From assembly GCA_033717875.1 (NCBI GenBank), contig JADDKJ010000007.1, positions 31,255 through 95,254 of the forward strand: a stretch of DNA of 64,000 nucleotides, in the 5' to 3' direction. Position 1 is the stretch's first letter. Each line of letters opens with the position of its first letter. This DNA comes from Gammaproteobacteria bacterium (GTDB taxonomy: Bacteria > Pseudomonadota > Gammaproteobacteria > Ga0077554 > Ga007554). The notes under the pieces are model-generated. The model was given only the letters and a program-made list of their open reading frames with translations, was not told where the DNA came from and did no database searches. The translations under genes were made by a program, and so were the position numbers. Shown piece after piece: positions 17,192 through 25,646 of the stretch.

Positions 17192-18937
17192 CTACATCCC
17201 GGCGATATGCTCCACAATCAACTGCACGCTACGCCGCCCCTGGTATTCATTGACATCCAGCTTGTATGCCATGTGGACCTGGGGACCCACCTCGTCCGCG
17301 CCCTGCCCTTTGTTGAACGCGATTGCGTCGAGCAATGCTGTCGAACCAGGTATCTTGAGCAGCATCTTGAGGTGTTTTTCGCCGACGATGCGCTGGTTGA
17401 CGATTTCGAAGCGGCCGTCGAACACGGGTTCGGGGAAGCCTTGGCCCCAGGGGCTGGCGTTACGCAGTGTTTCGGCCAGTTCCAGGCCTAGGTCGCGGGG
17501 GGGTAGCTCGCCGTCGCTGAGAACGGTGGCCTGCGGCGGCTGGTTGTCGAGGAGTGCGCGTATTTCTTCGTCGAAGGCTTGACGAAAGGCGTCGAAGTGT
17601 TCGCGCTTGAGGGTCAGCCCGGCGGCCATGGCGTGGCCGCCGAATTTGGTGAGCAGACCCGGATGATGCGCCGCCACGCTGTCGAGCACGTCGCGGATGT
17701 GGACGCCGGGAATGGAGCGTGCCGAGCCTTTGATTTCCTGCTCGTTGGCGGGGGCGAAGGCGATCACCGGACGGTGATAGCGATCCTTGATGCGCGAGGC
17801 GAGGATGCCGATCACACCTTGATGCCAGGATTCGTCGAACAGGCAGAGGCCGAAAGAATTTTTCGCGTTTCGGGTTTCAGGTTCCGGTTCGCCGAACTCG
17901 CTCCCTGCAAGCAGCGTCAGCGCCTGTTCCTGCATCTCGTTTTCGATGCCGCGGCGCTCGCGGTTGAGGTGATCCAATTGCCCGGCGATATCGCGCGCCC
18001 GGGTATCGTCGTCGGTGAGCAGGCACTCGATGCCCAGCGTCATGTCGTCGAGACGCCCGGCGGCGTTGAGCCTGGGGCCGACCGCGAACCCCAGATCGGT
18101 CGCGCCGATGCGTTCATACCGCCGGCCCGCCACTTCCAGCAAGGCGCGAATGCCGGCGCAACACGCCCCGGCGCGGATGCGCGCCAGGCCCTGTGCCACC
18201 AGGATACGGTTGACATGATCGAGCGGCACCACATCGGCCACGGTGCCGAGCGCCACCAGGTCCAGCAATTGCGCGAGATTGGGCTCGGTGATGCCGCGTT
18301 GTGCGAACCAGTCTCGTTCACGCAGTCGCGCGCGCAGCGCCAGCATCACGTAGAAGATCACGCCCACGCCGGCGAGACTCTTACTGGGGAAGCCGTCGCC
18401 GGGCTGGTTGGGATTGACGATGGCATCCGCCCCGGGCAGCGTTGCGCCGGGCAGATGGTGATCGGTAATCAACACTTGCATGCTGTGTGCCTTGGCCGCT
18501 GCCACACCGTCGATGCTCGAAATACCATTGTCCACGGTAATGAGCAAATCGGGCTGGTGTCCGGCGGCTACCGCGACGATCTCGGGCGTCAGGCCATAGC
18601 CGAATTCGAAGCGGTTTGGTACCACAAAGCGCACATCGCTGGCGCCGAGCAGACGCAGCGCCCGCACCGCCACCGCGCAACTGGTCGCGCCGTCGGCATC
18701 GAAATCCGCCACGATCAATATGCGCTTGCCGTCGCGCAGTGCGGCGTATAGCAGATCACACGCAGCGTCGATGCCCGTGAGCTGTGAGGCGGGCGGCAGA
18801 CGCGTCAGCAGGTTTTCCAGCTCGCCGGCATTCGCCACCCGGCGCGCGGCATAGATGCGCCGCAGCACGGGGTGCAGACTGTCCGGCAAGGCGGTGTTGT
18901 CCTCGAAGGTGCGCCGGACGATCTGTTTTTCTGTCAC
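17192..18937 (-). CDS. recJ: single-stranded-DNA-specific exonuclease RecJ
   Basis: DHH motifs (DFDADGATS, VDNGISS, LITDHH) and DHHA1 (GGHAMAAG). GTG start overlaps the upstream stop. Confidence 0.93.
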   Translation of the reverse strand: MTEKQIVRRTFEDNTALPDSLHPVLRRIYAARRVANAGELENLLTRLPPASQLTGIDAACDLLYAALRDGKRILIVADFDADGATSCAVAVRALRLLGASDVRFVVPNRFEFGYGLTPEIVAVAAGHQPDLLITVDNGISSIDGVAAAKAHSMQVLITDHHLPGATLPGADAIVNPNQPGDGFPSKSLAGVGVIFYVMLALRARLRERDWFAQRGITEPNLAQLLDLVALGTVADVVPLDHVNRILVAQGLARIRAGACCAGIRALLEVAGRRYERIGATDLGFAVGPRLNAAGRLDDMTLGIECLLTDDDTRARDIAGQLDHLNRERRGIENEMQEQALTLLAGSEFGEPEPETRNAKNSFGLCLFDESWHQGVIGILASRIKDRYHRPVIAFAPANEQEIKGSARSIPGVHIRDVLDSVAAHHPGLLTKFGGHAMAAGLTLKREHFDAFRQAFDEEIRALLDNQPPQATVLSDGELPPRDLGLELAETLRNASPWGQGFPEPVFDGRFEIVNQRIVGEKHLKMLLKIPGSTALLDAIAFNKGQGADEVGPQVHMAYKLDVNEYQGRRSVQLIVEHIAGM

Positions 18938-19968
18938 GTATAAGTCTCCAGCGAGCGGCGGCGCTTCCAGAAGCGCCGCAGTGATGACGGGGTGACGCGG
19001 TAAGCGCGGCCATCGGCGGCGAGGATGTCCAGGCTGTCGATGTTACGCCTTTTCAGGGCATCCAGCAGCGGCGCAAACCAGTTTTGCATCAAAGACGCCA
19101 TCGCCTCGCCCCACGTGCTCGTGTCGCCATACAGCGTCGCGCTGTGGACGGCATTCAGCACCACCAGTTGCGCACCGCCGGAACGATGTTCCAGCACGAC
19201 GGCGGCGGATGCCGGCAGCGTCGCGGCAGGAACGCCACCCAGCCGCGCCAGCCCTGTCGCCACGGGCTCATCGCTCCATACCCGCGCCCAACGCGCCGGC
19301 ACACCTCGTGGCGTATAGCCGCCGCCCCACAGCCACACGCTGTTGACGGCAGGCGCGCCACGCGCGCTACGCGCGTGATTCACCGCGCTGGAGTGCAACA
19401 GCATCTGAATCTCATTGAGCACTGCATGCCACTGCTTGCCGCGCGCCCCCGAAGGCAGCAAGCCGTCGATGTGACGCCCCAGCGCCTCGCGCAGGTCATA
19501 GGTGCGAATGTGCGGATCCTCCGGCAAACGCAAATACCAGCGCTCGGGATGCGGCGTTTCAAGACGCCAGCCATCGGCGCCGAACAAGGCGTTGAACTCT
19601 TTGGCGATGGTGTCCGCTTCGTGCTGTTGCATATTCAACATGCGGTCGCCGAGCAGCACCAGGCGCGATTGGTCGGGGCGCAGATGCACCGGGTCGGCGC
19701 GCAGCCAGAAATCCTGCGACACTTCGCCGGTATCCCCTGCCCACGCCACCGCCGCCACCGGCAGATCCCGCGCCGGGTCGCGTTCCACGCCGAACAGATG
19801 AAACAGCGTCGCCTCCAGGCCCACAGCCGGCACGTTCTCCACCACCGCGCGCGCCAGCAGGGTTTCCAGGGGCGCAAGGTTGAGCCCGGAAAAATCCGTG
19901 GCGCGCAGTCCTGGCGGGCCGTAGAGGCCGGGGGTGACGAGGGTGCAGGAGGCGGGAGAATCCATCAA
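18934..19968 (-). CDS. conserved hypothetical protein, translationally coupled to recJ
   Basis: 344-aa ORF with codon usage like its neighbours. I recognise no motif. Confidence 0.6.
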   Translation of the reverse strand: MMDSPASCTLVTPGLYGPPGLRATDFSGLNLAPLETLLARAVVENVPAVGLEATLFHLFGVERDPARDLPVAAVAWAGDTGEVSQDFWLRADPVHLRPDQSRLVLLGDRMLNMQQHEADTIAKEFNALFGADGWRLETPHPERWYLRLPEDPHIRTYDLREALGRHIDGLLPSGARGKQWHAVLNEIQMLLHSSAVNHARSARGAPAVNSVWLWGGGYTPRGVPARWARVWSDEPVATGLARLGGVPAATLPASAAVVLEHRSGGAQLVVLNAVHSATLYGDTSTWGEAMASLMQNWFAPLLDALKRRNIDSLDILAADGRAYRVTPSSLRRFWKRRRSLETYT

Positions 19969-19976
19969 CTCTGCTG

Positions 19977-20366
19977 CTATTCTGTTTCTACTATGCGCTC
20001 GACATGGCGCACCAAGGTGTTTACTTCTTCGATCATGACATGGCGGTCCAAAGGTTCGTCGCTGCTCTCCATGCCTTCATATCGCGCCTGTGCCACAAAC
20101 ATGTTGTAGGCGGCCAGAGGCCAGTATGGCGTCACATCCTCGCCACGATTCTCGAGCAGCGTGAGTAGCCTGCCTACATCGTGAGTTCGTGGATAGATCA
20201 AGCCGAGTGCCGACATCCATGCCTTTAGCGCTTTTTCTACCGCTTGTTGGCCGTGAAATCCGAAGATTTCATCTGCGAAGACGTTCGAATCCTGCATGCC
20301 GGTCAGGGCGCGCAAATCCTTTTGCGCGGCGGTAAGCATGGCTTTGGCGTGCTCAAGATCGCGCAT
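19977..20366 (-). CDS. HEPN domain protein (toxin partner of MNT)
   Basis: MRDLEHAKAMLTAAQKDL...AVEKALKAWMSALGLIYPRTHDVGRLL. Overlaps the MNT gene by 14 nt. Confidence 0.75.
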   Translation of the reverse strand: MRDLEHAKAMLTAAQKDLRALTGMQDSNVFADEIFGFHGQQAVEKALKAWMSALGLIYPRTHDVGRLLTLLENRGEDVTPYWPLAAYNMFVAQARYEGMESSDEPLDRHVMIEEVNTLVRHVERIVETE

Positions 20367-20688
20367 GCAGGACTTTCCCTTCGCGCATGGCGCGTGCGAT
20401 GAGGTGGTTGGGCGAGTTGCGCCAATGCTCCACTTCGCCCTGGCTGTAAAGCACGATATCCTTGGAAACCGGGAACCGTGCAAGCGCCCGCCATAAGCGT
20501 GCCGCCTCTCTTCTTCGGCTGCGCGATGCGCCGAAAGGCTCCCGCTCGATGACGAGCAGATCGACGTCGGAATCCTGACGCGCATCGCCCCGGGCATAAG
20601 AGCCGAACAGGATGATACATTCGGGATTTACTTCTTGCGCGATGGTTTGCGCCATGTCTTTCAGCATTTGGTCATCGATTTTATCCAT
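20353..20688 (-). CDS. MNT-type nucleotidyltransferase (antitoxin partner of HEPN)
   Basis: ILFGSYARGDARQDSDVDLLV, matching the GSxxRGx(n)DxD motif. Confidence 0.85.
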   Translation of the reverse strand: MDKIDDQMLKDMAQTIAQEVNPECIILFGSYARGDARQDSDVDLLVIEREPFGASRSRRREAARLWRALARFPVSKDIVLYSQGEVEHWRNSPNHLIARAMREGKVLHARS

Positions 20689-21064
20689 ACAACCTCACTT
20701 TCACCGCATGATTCAATAACCGAAAGTGTTTATCGAGTGAATAAATTGCGCAATTATGTTGCCTTGCGTTTTGAGCAATAATCAAATCGGGAATCCCTAC
20801 CCCATTTGCCCCGCCTTTCAAACACTTCACCTGGAATTCGATAATTTCTTCCCAATGAATATCTAGCGGGATTCTATTTATTTCATAAAGCAGCTTAACG
20901 ACCTTCGTTTGCTTTTTTACCTTTAGATAGGGTAATAGCTCGGCCAGTATTATGTCGTTGGTGACGATAAGGTTTTCGTCTATCAGGAAATCGAGGTCTT
21001 TGGAGTTGAGGCCGCTCCGAAAATAATCAATCCATATTGATGTATCTACCAAAACGTCCATCAA
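20681..21064 (-). CDS. vapC: PIN-domain toxin VapC
   Basis: MMDVLVDTSIWIDYF... with conserved acidic residues. 4-nt overlap with the antitoxin gene. Confidence 0.85.
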   Translation of the reverse strand: MMDVLVDTSIWIDYFRSGLNSKDLDFLIDENLIVTNDIILAELLPYLKVKKQTKVVKLLYEINRIPLDIHWEEIIEFQVKCLKGGANGVGIPDLIIAQNARQHNCAIYSLDKHFRLLNHAVKVRLYG

Positions 21065-21255
21065 TGGCGGTCTCTGATTTCGTCAAGATCAATATCCAGA
21101 TCGATTTTCCCTTTGTATTTCTTTAGCTCGGAAATTCTTGATTTTCTCACTAATTCTTCCAGCGCCTTAATGATGACCGCGGTTTTGGTGTCCGCGTGGG
21201 TTGCTTTCATTGCCTCGTTCAGCAAGCTTTCGGGTAAATCAAGGGTGGTTCTCAT
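21061..21255 (-). CDS. vapB: VapB-family antitoxin
   Basis: 64 aa, MRTTLDLPESLLNEAMKATHADTKTAVIIKALEELV. Immediately upstream of vapC. Confidence 0.75.
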   Translation of the reverse strand: MRTTLDLPESLLNEAMKATHADTKTAVIIKALEELVRKSRISELKKYKGKIDLDIDLDEIRDRH

Positions 21256-21344
21256 GTTCGCCTCCGCGGGTTATGCATATAATAATAGACATCTATGCAT
21301 ATTCTTTCAAGAAACCGGCATGGTGCGCCGGAGGGCCTTTCAGA

Positions 21345-21917
21345 TCAATTCCCAATCTGAAACCGATAACCCAGGCTGACGAAATCGATATTCTTTTCGA
21401 TCACCGTGTATTCAAGTTCAAGAGCCCCCTCGCCGATTTTCCAGCCGCCGCCGAGGCCATAGGAGCCGTGCCAGTCGGTGGCGCTGGCGGAAAGGGCGTT
21501 GCCGCTGGCGCTGATTCTGTCGTAAAGGACGCCAGCCCTGACCTTGGCGTAAAATTTCCCTGGGCTCTGGTAAACGCCGTAGAGCGCGGCGGTGGTGACG
21601 CCCCAAACGTTGTCGCCTTGGGGAATTTTCGTGCCGTTGCGGGAGAAGTCGGCGCGGCCGCGGCCGAAGCTGGTGGTCAGTTCGCCTTCGGCGCCGAGAA
21701 AACCGAGTTTGCCGATTTTGAATTGATAGCCGCCGATGAGGCCGGCGTTCGCCACGGCGTCCGGGCTCGACATTCTCACGCCATCGTCGAGGTTCATCTT
21801 GTCGGCGAGCATCGCGCCGACCTTGAGCCCCCCATACAGCGGGCTTTCCTCGGCCTGCGCGGTGGCCAGTAAACCAAGGCTGAACAGTGCGATCATTGCA
21901 GAAATTCTGGTTTTCAT
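21345..21917 (-). CDS. small outer-membrane beta-barrel protein
   Basis: Signal peptide MKTRISAMIALFSLGLLATAQA. Alternating Gly/aromatic beta-strand pattern, ending GYRFQIGN. Confidence 0.7.
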   Translation of the reverse strand: MKTRISAMIALFSLGLLATAQAEESPLYGGLKVGAMLADKMNLDDGVRMSSPDAVANAGLIGGYQFKIGKLGFLGAEGELTTSFGRGRADFSRNGTKIPQGDNVWGVTTAALYGVYQSPGKFYAKVRAGVLYDRISASGNALSASATDWHGSYGLGGGWKIGEGALELEYTVIEKNIDFVSLGYRFQIGN

Positions 21918-21949
21918 TGCATTGCCCTCTGCTTATTGTTTCTCCGAAA

Positions 21950-23458
21950 TTACGCTTTCTCCAACACCCCGCGCTCCAGCAACAAACTCAGTGTGAACCG
22001 CACGCCGAAGCCGGTGATGTCGGTGGGGATGTGCGCCAGTCCACCCTTGTTGTTGCCGGCGGCGAGATCGATGTGCAGCCAGGGCACCTCCTCCTTGACG
22101 AAACGGCTCAGAAAGCGCGCCGCGAGGATGTGATCGGCTTCGCCGGCGAGGACGCATTGCTTGATGTCGGCGATGTCGCTTTCCAGTTCCTTGTCGTAGT
22201 CGCTGTCGGTCGGAAAGGGCCACACCCGCTCGCCGCTGGCGCGGCCCGCTTCGATCACATCGGCGACCAGCGCGTCGCGATTGGCGAACGCCCCGCTGTA
22301 GCGCGTCCCGAGGGCGTAGATGCACGAACCCGTCAACGTGGCGTAGTCGATGAGCAGGCCGGGGCGTTCGGCGCTGGCCATCGCCAGGGTATCGGCGAGG
22401 ATCATGCGGCCCTCGGCGTCGGTGTGCACCACTTCGATGGTCACGCCGTTGCTGGCGGTGACGACATCATTCTGCTTGTAGGCTTTCGGGCCGATGTGGT
22501 TTTGCGCCAGGGCCAGCCAGCAGTGTACGGAAAGATTCGCCTTGAGCCGGGTCAGCGCCAGCAGCACGCCGAGCGCCACGGCGCTGCCTTCCATGTCCTC
22601 GTGCATGCCGAACATGCTCTTGGCCGGTTTGAGGTTGTTGCCGCCGGTGTCGTAGCAGATACCCTTGCCGACCAGCGCCAGCCGCCGCCCGGTCTTTTTT
22701 TCCGTGCCGCGTTTGCGGCTGCGGGGCGAATAGCAGAGCTGCACGATGCCCGCGTCGTCATCGGTGCTGCCCTGCGCCACGGCGAGAAAGGCCCCGGCGT
22801 TCTGGCGCTTGAGGGTCTTGGTGTCGAAAAAGTGCATGTTCCAGCCGTTTTCTTCGGCCAGTTCGGCGATGCGTTCCCGATAGTGCGCCGGGGTGAGTTG
22901 ATTGGGTGGCAACGCCGTGAGATAACGCGCCAGGTTGTTGCCCTCGGCCTCGGCAAGCGTACGCGAAAAATCGAGCCTGGCGTCCAGGCCGTGGATGTCG
23001 ATACCGGCCAGCCGCTTTTCCCTGGCCGGTTTGCTTTTCAGGGCCGGCATGGCGTGGACGCCCGCCAGCAGCGCCGCCACGCACGCCTCGGCGACGCGCG
23101 CGGCCAGTTCCGAGTCCAGTCCCGCCAGTAGCAGGGTGATGGCGGTGGGATTTTGTTCCAGATGTGTGGCGCACAGCTTGCGCGCCAGCGTCAGCAGGTC
23201 GAAGGCCGAAATATCCGGTTTGATGGGCGCGAGCGTGACGCGGCTGCCTGTGGCATTGGGCAGGTCGGTGGTCAGCGGCGAGGTGTCGTCTTTTTCCTTG
23301 AGACGCGCCCAGCGCTGTTTCAGCAGGCCGGCGTGGGGAAACATCGGCCAGTCCTTGCCGGACGTGGTCTCGGGAAAGGCGATGAGAAGGTTGGTCTGGC
23401 CATCGACATACCCCTCTTCCGGCAGTCCGCGATGTTGTTTTATGCTGATTTTGATCAC
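21950..23458 (-). CDS. M17 leucyl aminopeptidase family protein
   Basis: Motifs GKGICYDTGG, VHTDAEGRMILAD and ATLTGSC. Confidence 0.85.
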   Translation of the reverse strand: MIKISIKQHRGLPEEGYVDGQTNLLIAFPETTSGKDWPMFPHAGLLKQRWARLKEKDDTSPLTTDLPNATGSRVTLAPIKPDISAFDLLTLARKLCATHLEQNPTAITLLLAGLDSELAARVAEACVAALLAGVHAMPALKSKPAREKRLAGIDIHGLDARLDFSRTLAEAEGNNLARYLTALPPNQLTPAHYRERIAELAEENGWNMHFFDTKTLKRQNAGAFLAVAQGSTDDDAGIVQLCYSPRSRKRGTEKKTGRRLALVGKGICYDTGGNNLKPAKSMFGMHEDMEGSAVALGVLLALTRLKANLSVHCWLALAQNHIGPKAYKQNDVVTASNGVTIEVVHTDAEGRMILADTLAMASAERPGLLIDYATLTGSCIYALGTRYSGAFANRDALVADVIEAGRASGERVWPFPTDSDYDKELESDIADIKQCVLAGEADHILAARFLSRFVKEEVPWLHIDLAAGNNKGGLAHIPTDITGFGVRFTLSLLLERGVLEKA

Positions 23459-23560
23459 TTAAAACCCCTTCTTAAGCCATGGTTTACCTTGACCTTGAGC
23501 CGCAAAAAACAGATCATATCGTGCTTGACGATTTTCAGGTACTTTAAATGAAGGAGTCCC

Positions 23561-24553
23561 ATGACCCCTGCTGACAAAAAACGCGTGCTGCGTGAGATGC
23601 TGTTCGCACGCCGTTTCGAAGAGCGCTGCTACGAAGCCTATGTGGAGCGCAAGATCGGCGGCTTTCTTCACCTCTATCCCGGCCAGGAGGCCTGCGCCTT
23701 CGGCGTGATGGAAGCGGCGCGGCCGGGCCATGACTATGTTATCACCGGCTACCGCGATCACGTCCACGCCATCAAGTGCGGCGCCGACCCCAAGGCGGTG
23801 ATGGCCGAACTGTACGGCAAGGAGACCGGCTCCAGCAAGGGCCGCGGCGGTTCGATGCACATCTTCGACGCGGAACACCGCTTCATGGGTGGCTACGCGC
23901 TGGTGGGCGGACCGTTTCCGCTGGCGGCGGGCATCGCCAAGGGCCTGAAGATGAAGGGCTCGGACGCGATCTCGATCTGCTTCCTCGGCGATGCCGCGAA
24001 CAATCAGGGCACGTTCCACGAGTCGCTGAACATGGCCAAGGTGTGGAACCTGCCCGTCCTGTACGTGTGCGAAAACAACCTCTACGGCATCGGCACCCGC
24101 ATCGACCGCTCCACGGCGGTGATCGACCAGTATAAGCGCGTCAGCGGCTACGACATTCCCGCCGCGCAGACCGACGGCCAGGATATCGAGAAGGTATACG
24201 AGGCGGCCAAAATCGCCGTCGACCATGTCCGTTCCGGCAAAGGCCCCTACTTCCTCGAGCTGATGACCTACCGCTACCGCGGCCATTCCATGTCCGATTC
24301 CAACGCCTACCGTCCCAAGGACGAGGAACGCATGTGGAGCAAGCGCGATCCCATCATCATGCTGCGCGACCGGCTGGTCGAGGCGAAGCAGATCACGCTG
24401 GACGACTACAAGGCGATGGACACCGCCGTGCTCGAAGAGATCGAAAACGAGATCATCAAATTCGCCGAAGCATCGCCCGAACCCTCGGTCGATGAATTGG
24501 AAAAATATGTATTGGCGGACAACGATCCTTATGTCCGGGGGAGTAAACACTAA
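23561..24553 (+). CDS. pdhA: 2-oxoacid (pyruvate/acetoin) dehydrogenase E1 alpha subunit
   Basis: ThDP-binding GDAANNQGTFHESLNMA, and YRYRGHSMSD. Confidence 0.88.
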   Translation: MTPADKKRVLREMLFARRFEERCYEAYVERKIGGFLHLYPGQEACAFGVMEAARPGHDYVITGYRDHVHAIKCGADPKAVMAELYGKETGSSKGRGGSMHIFDAEHRFMGGYALVGGPFPLAAGIAKGLKMKGSDAISICFLGDAANNQGTFHESLNMAKVWNLPVLYVCENNLYGIGTRIDRSTAVIDQYKRVSGYDIPAAQTDGQDIEKVYEAAKIAVDHVRSGKGPYFLELMTYRYRGHSMSDSNAYRPKDEERMWSKRDPIIMLRDRLVEAKQITLDDYKAMDTAVLEEIENEIIKFAEASPEPSVDELEKYVLADNDPYVRGSKH

Positions 24554-25536
24554 TGGCCGTAATGATGTATTGGGAAGCGATCCGCCGCGCCCAGGATGAG
24601 GAGCTGACGCGCGATCCGATGGTGATCGTCATGGGCGAGGACGTCGGTGTGGCCGGCGGCACCTACAAGGCGACCAAGGGACTGTACGAGAAATACGGCG
24701 CCGAGCGCGTCATCGACACCCCGATCTCGGAAAACGGCTTCACGGGTCTTGGCATCGGCGCCTCCTTCGTCGGCGTGCGGCCGATCATCGAGATCATGTC
24801 GGTGAATTTCGCCTGGCTGGCGATGGACCAGATCTTCAACTCCGCCGCCAAGGTGCGCTACATGTCGGGTGGCCAGCTCGAAGCGCCGGTGGTGATCCGC
24901 TCGCCGGGCGGCACCGCTCACCAGCTCGGCGCCCAGCACTCGGCGCGCATGGAGAAGGTGTTCATGGGCGTGGCCGGACTGCGCGTGGTGACGCCCTCCA
25001 ATCCGAGGCAAGCCTATGGCCTCATCAAGTCCGCTGTGCGCTGCAACGACCCGGTGTTCATCAACGAACACGAGCTGATGTACAACATGAAGGGCGAGGT
25101 GCCCGACGAGGAATATTTCCATCCCCTGGAAGGCTCGGAAGTGGCGCGCCAGGGCCGCGATGTCACGCTGTTCGGCTACAACATCTCGGTGCACTGGTGC
25201 TTGGAGGCCGCGGAATTCCTCGCCAGCCATCACGGCATCGACTGCGAGGTGGTGGATCTGTATTCCCTCAGCCCGCTCGATCGCGCCGGCATCAAGGCCT
25301 CGGTGAGCAAGACCCATCGCGCGATCATCGCCGAAGAGGCCGAGGCCCCGGTCGGCGTGGGCTCGGAAGTGATGGCGATCATCAACGAGGAATGCTTCTT
25401 CGAGCTGGACGCCGCGCCGGTGCGCGTGTCCGCGCGGAATGTGCCCATCCCCTACAACCACAAGCTGGAAAAGGCCGCCATCCCCGGCGCCAAGGATGTG
25501 GTCCATGCCGTGCTGAAGATGTTTGGGAAACAATAA
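24553..25536 (+). CDS. pdhB: 2-oxoacid dehydrogenase E1 beta subunit
   Basis: VIVMGEDVGVAGGTYKATKGL...RVIDTPISENGFTG. 1-nt overlap with pdhA. Confidence 0.9.
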   Translation: MAVMMYWEAIRRAQDEELTRDPMVIVMGEDVGVAGGTYKATKGLYEKYGAERVIDTPISENGFTGLGIGASFVGVRPIIEIMSVNFAWLAMDQIFNSAAKVRYMSGGQLEAPVVIRSPGGTAHQLGAQHSARMEKVFMGVAGLRVVTPSNPRQAYGLIKSAVRCNDPVFINEHELMYNMKGEVPDEEYFHPLEGSEVARQGRDVTLFGYNISVHWCLEAAEFLASHHGIDCEVVDLYSLSPLDRAGIKASVSKTHRAIIAEEAEAPVGVGSEVMAIINEECFFELDAAPVRVSARNVPIPYNHKLEKAAIPGAKDVVHAVLKMFGKQ

Positions 25537-25539
25537 ACC

Positions 25540-25612
25540 GTAGGGTGCGCCGTGCGCACCATGCAGCATTGTCGATATTAAGCGACGTTGTGGTGCGCGC
25601 GGCGCACTCTGC
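25540..25612. repeat. REP-like inverted pair (gtagggtgcgccgtgcgcacc ... ggtgcgcgcggcgcactctgc)
   Basis: Two hairpin-forming units in opposite orientation in the pdhB-E2/E3 spacer. Confidence 0.55.
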
Positions 25613-25646
25613 GATTTCTTAGATTTAACGCGGAAGTGGATGAAGA

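Noticed and set aside
23459-25569. 363-aa and 339-aa minus-strand ORFs
   Set aside because: Antisense to pdhA and pdhB. No recognisable domains.
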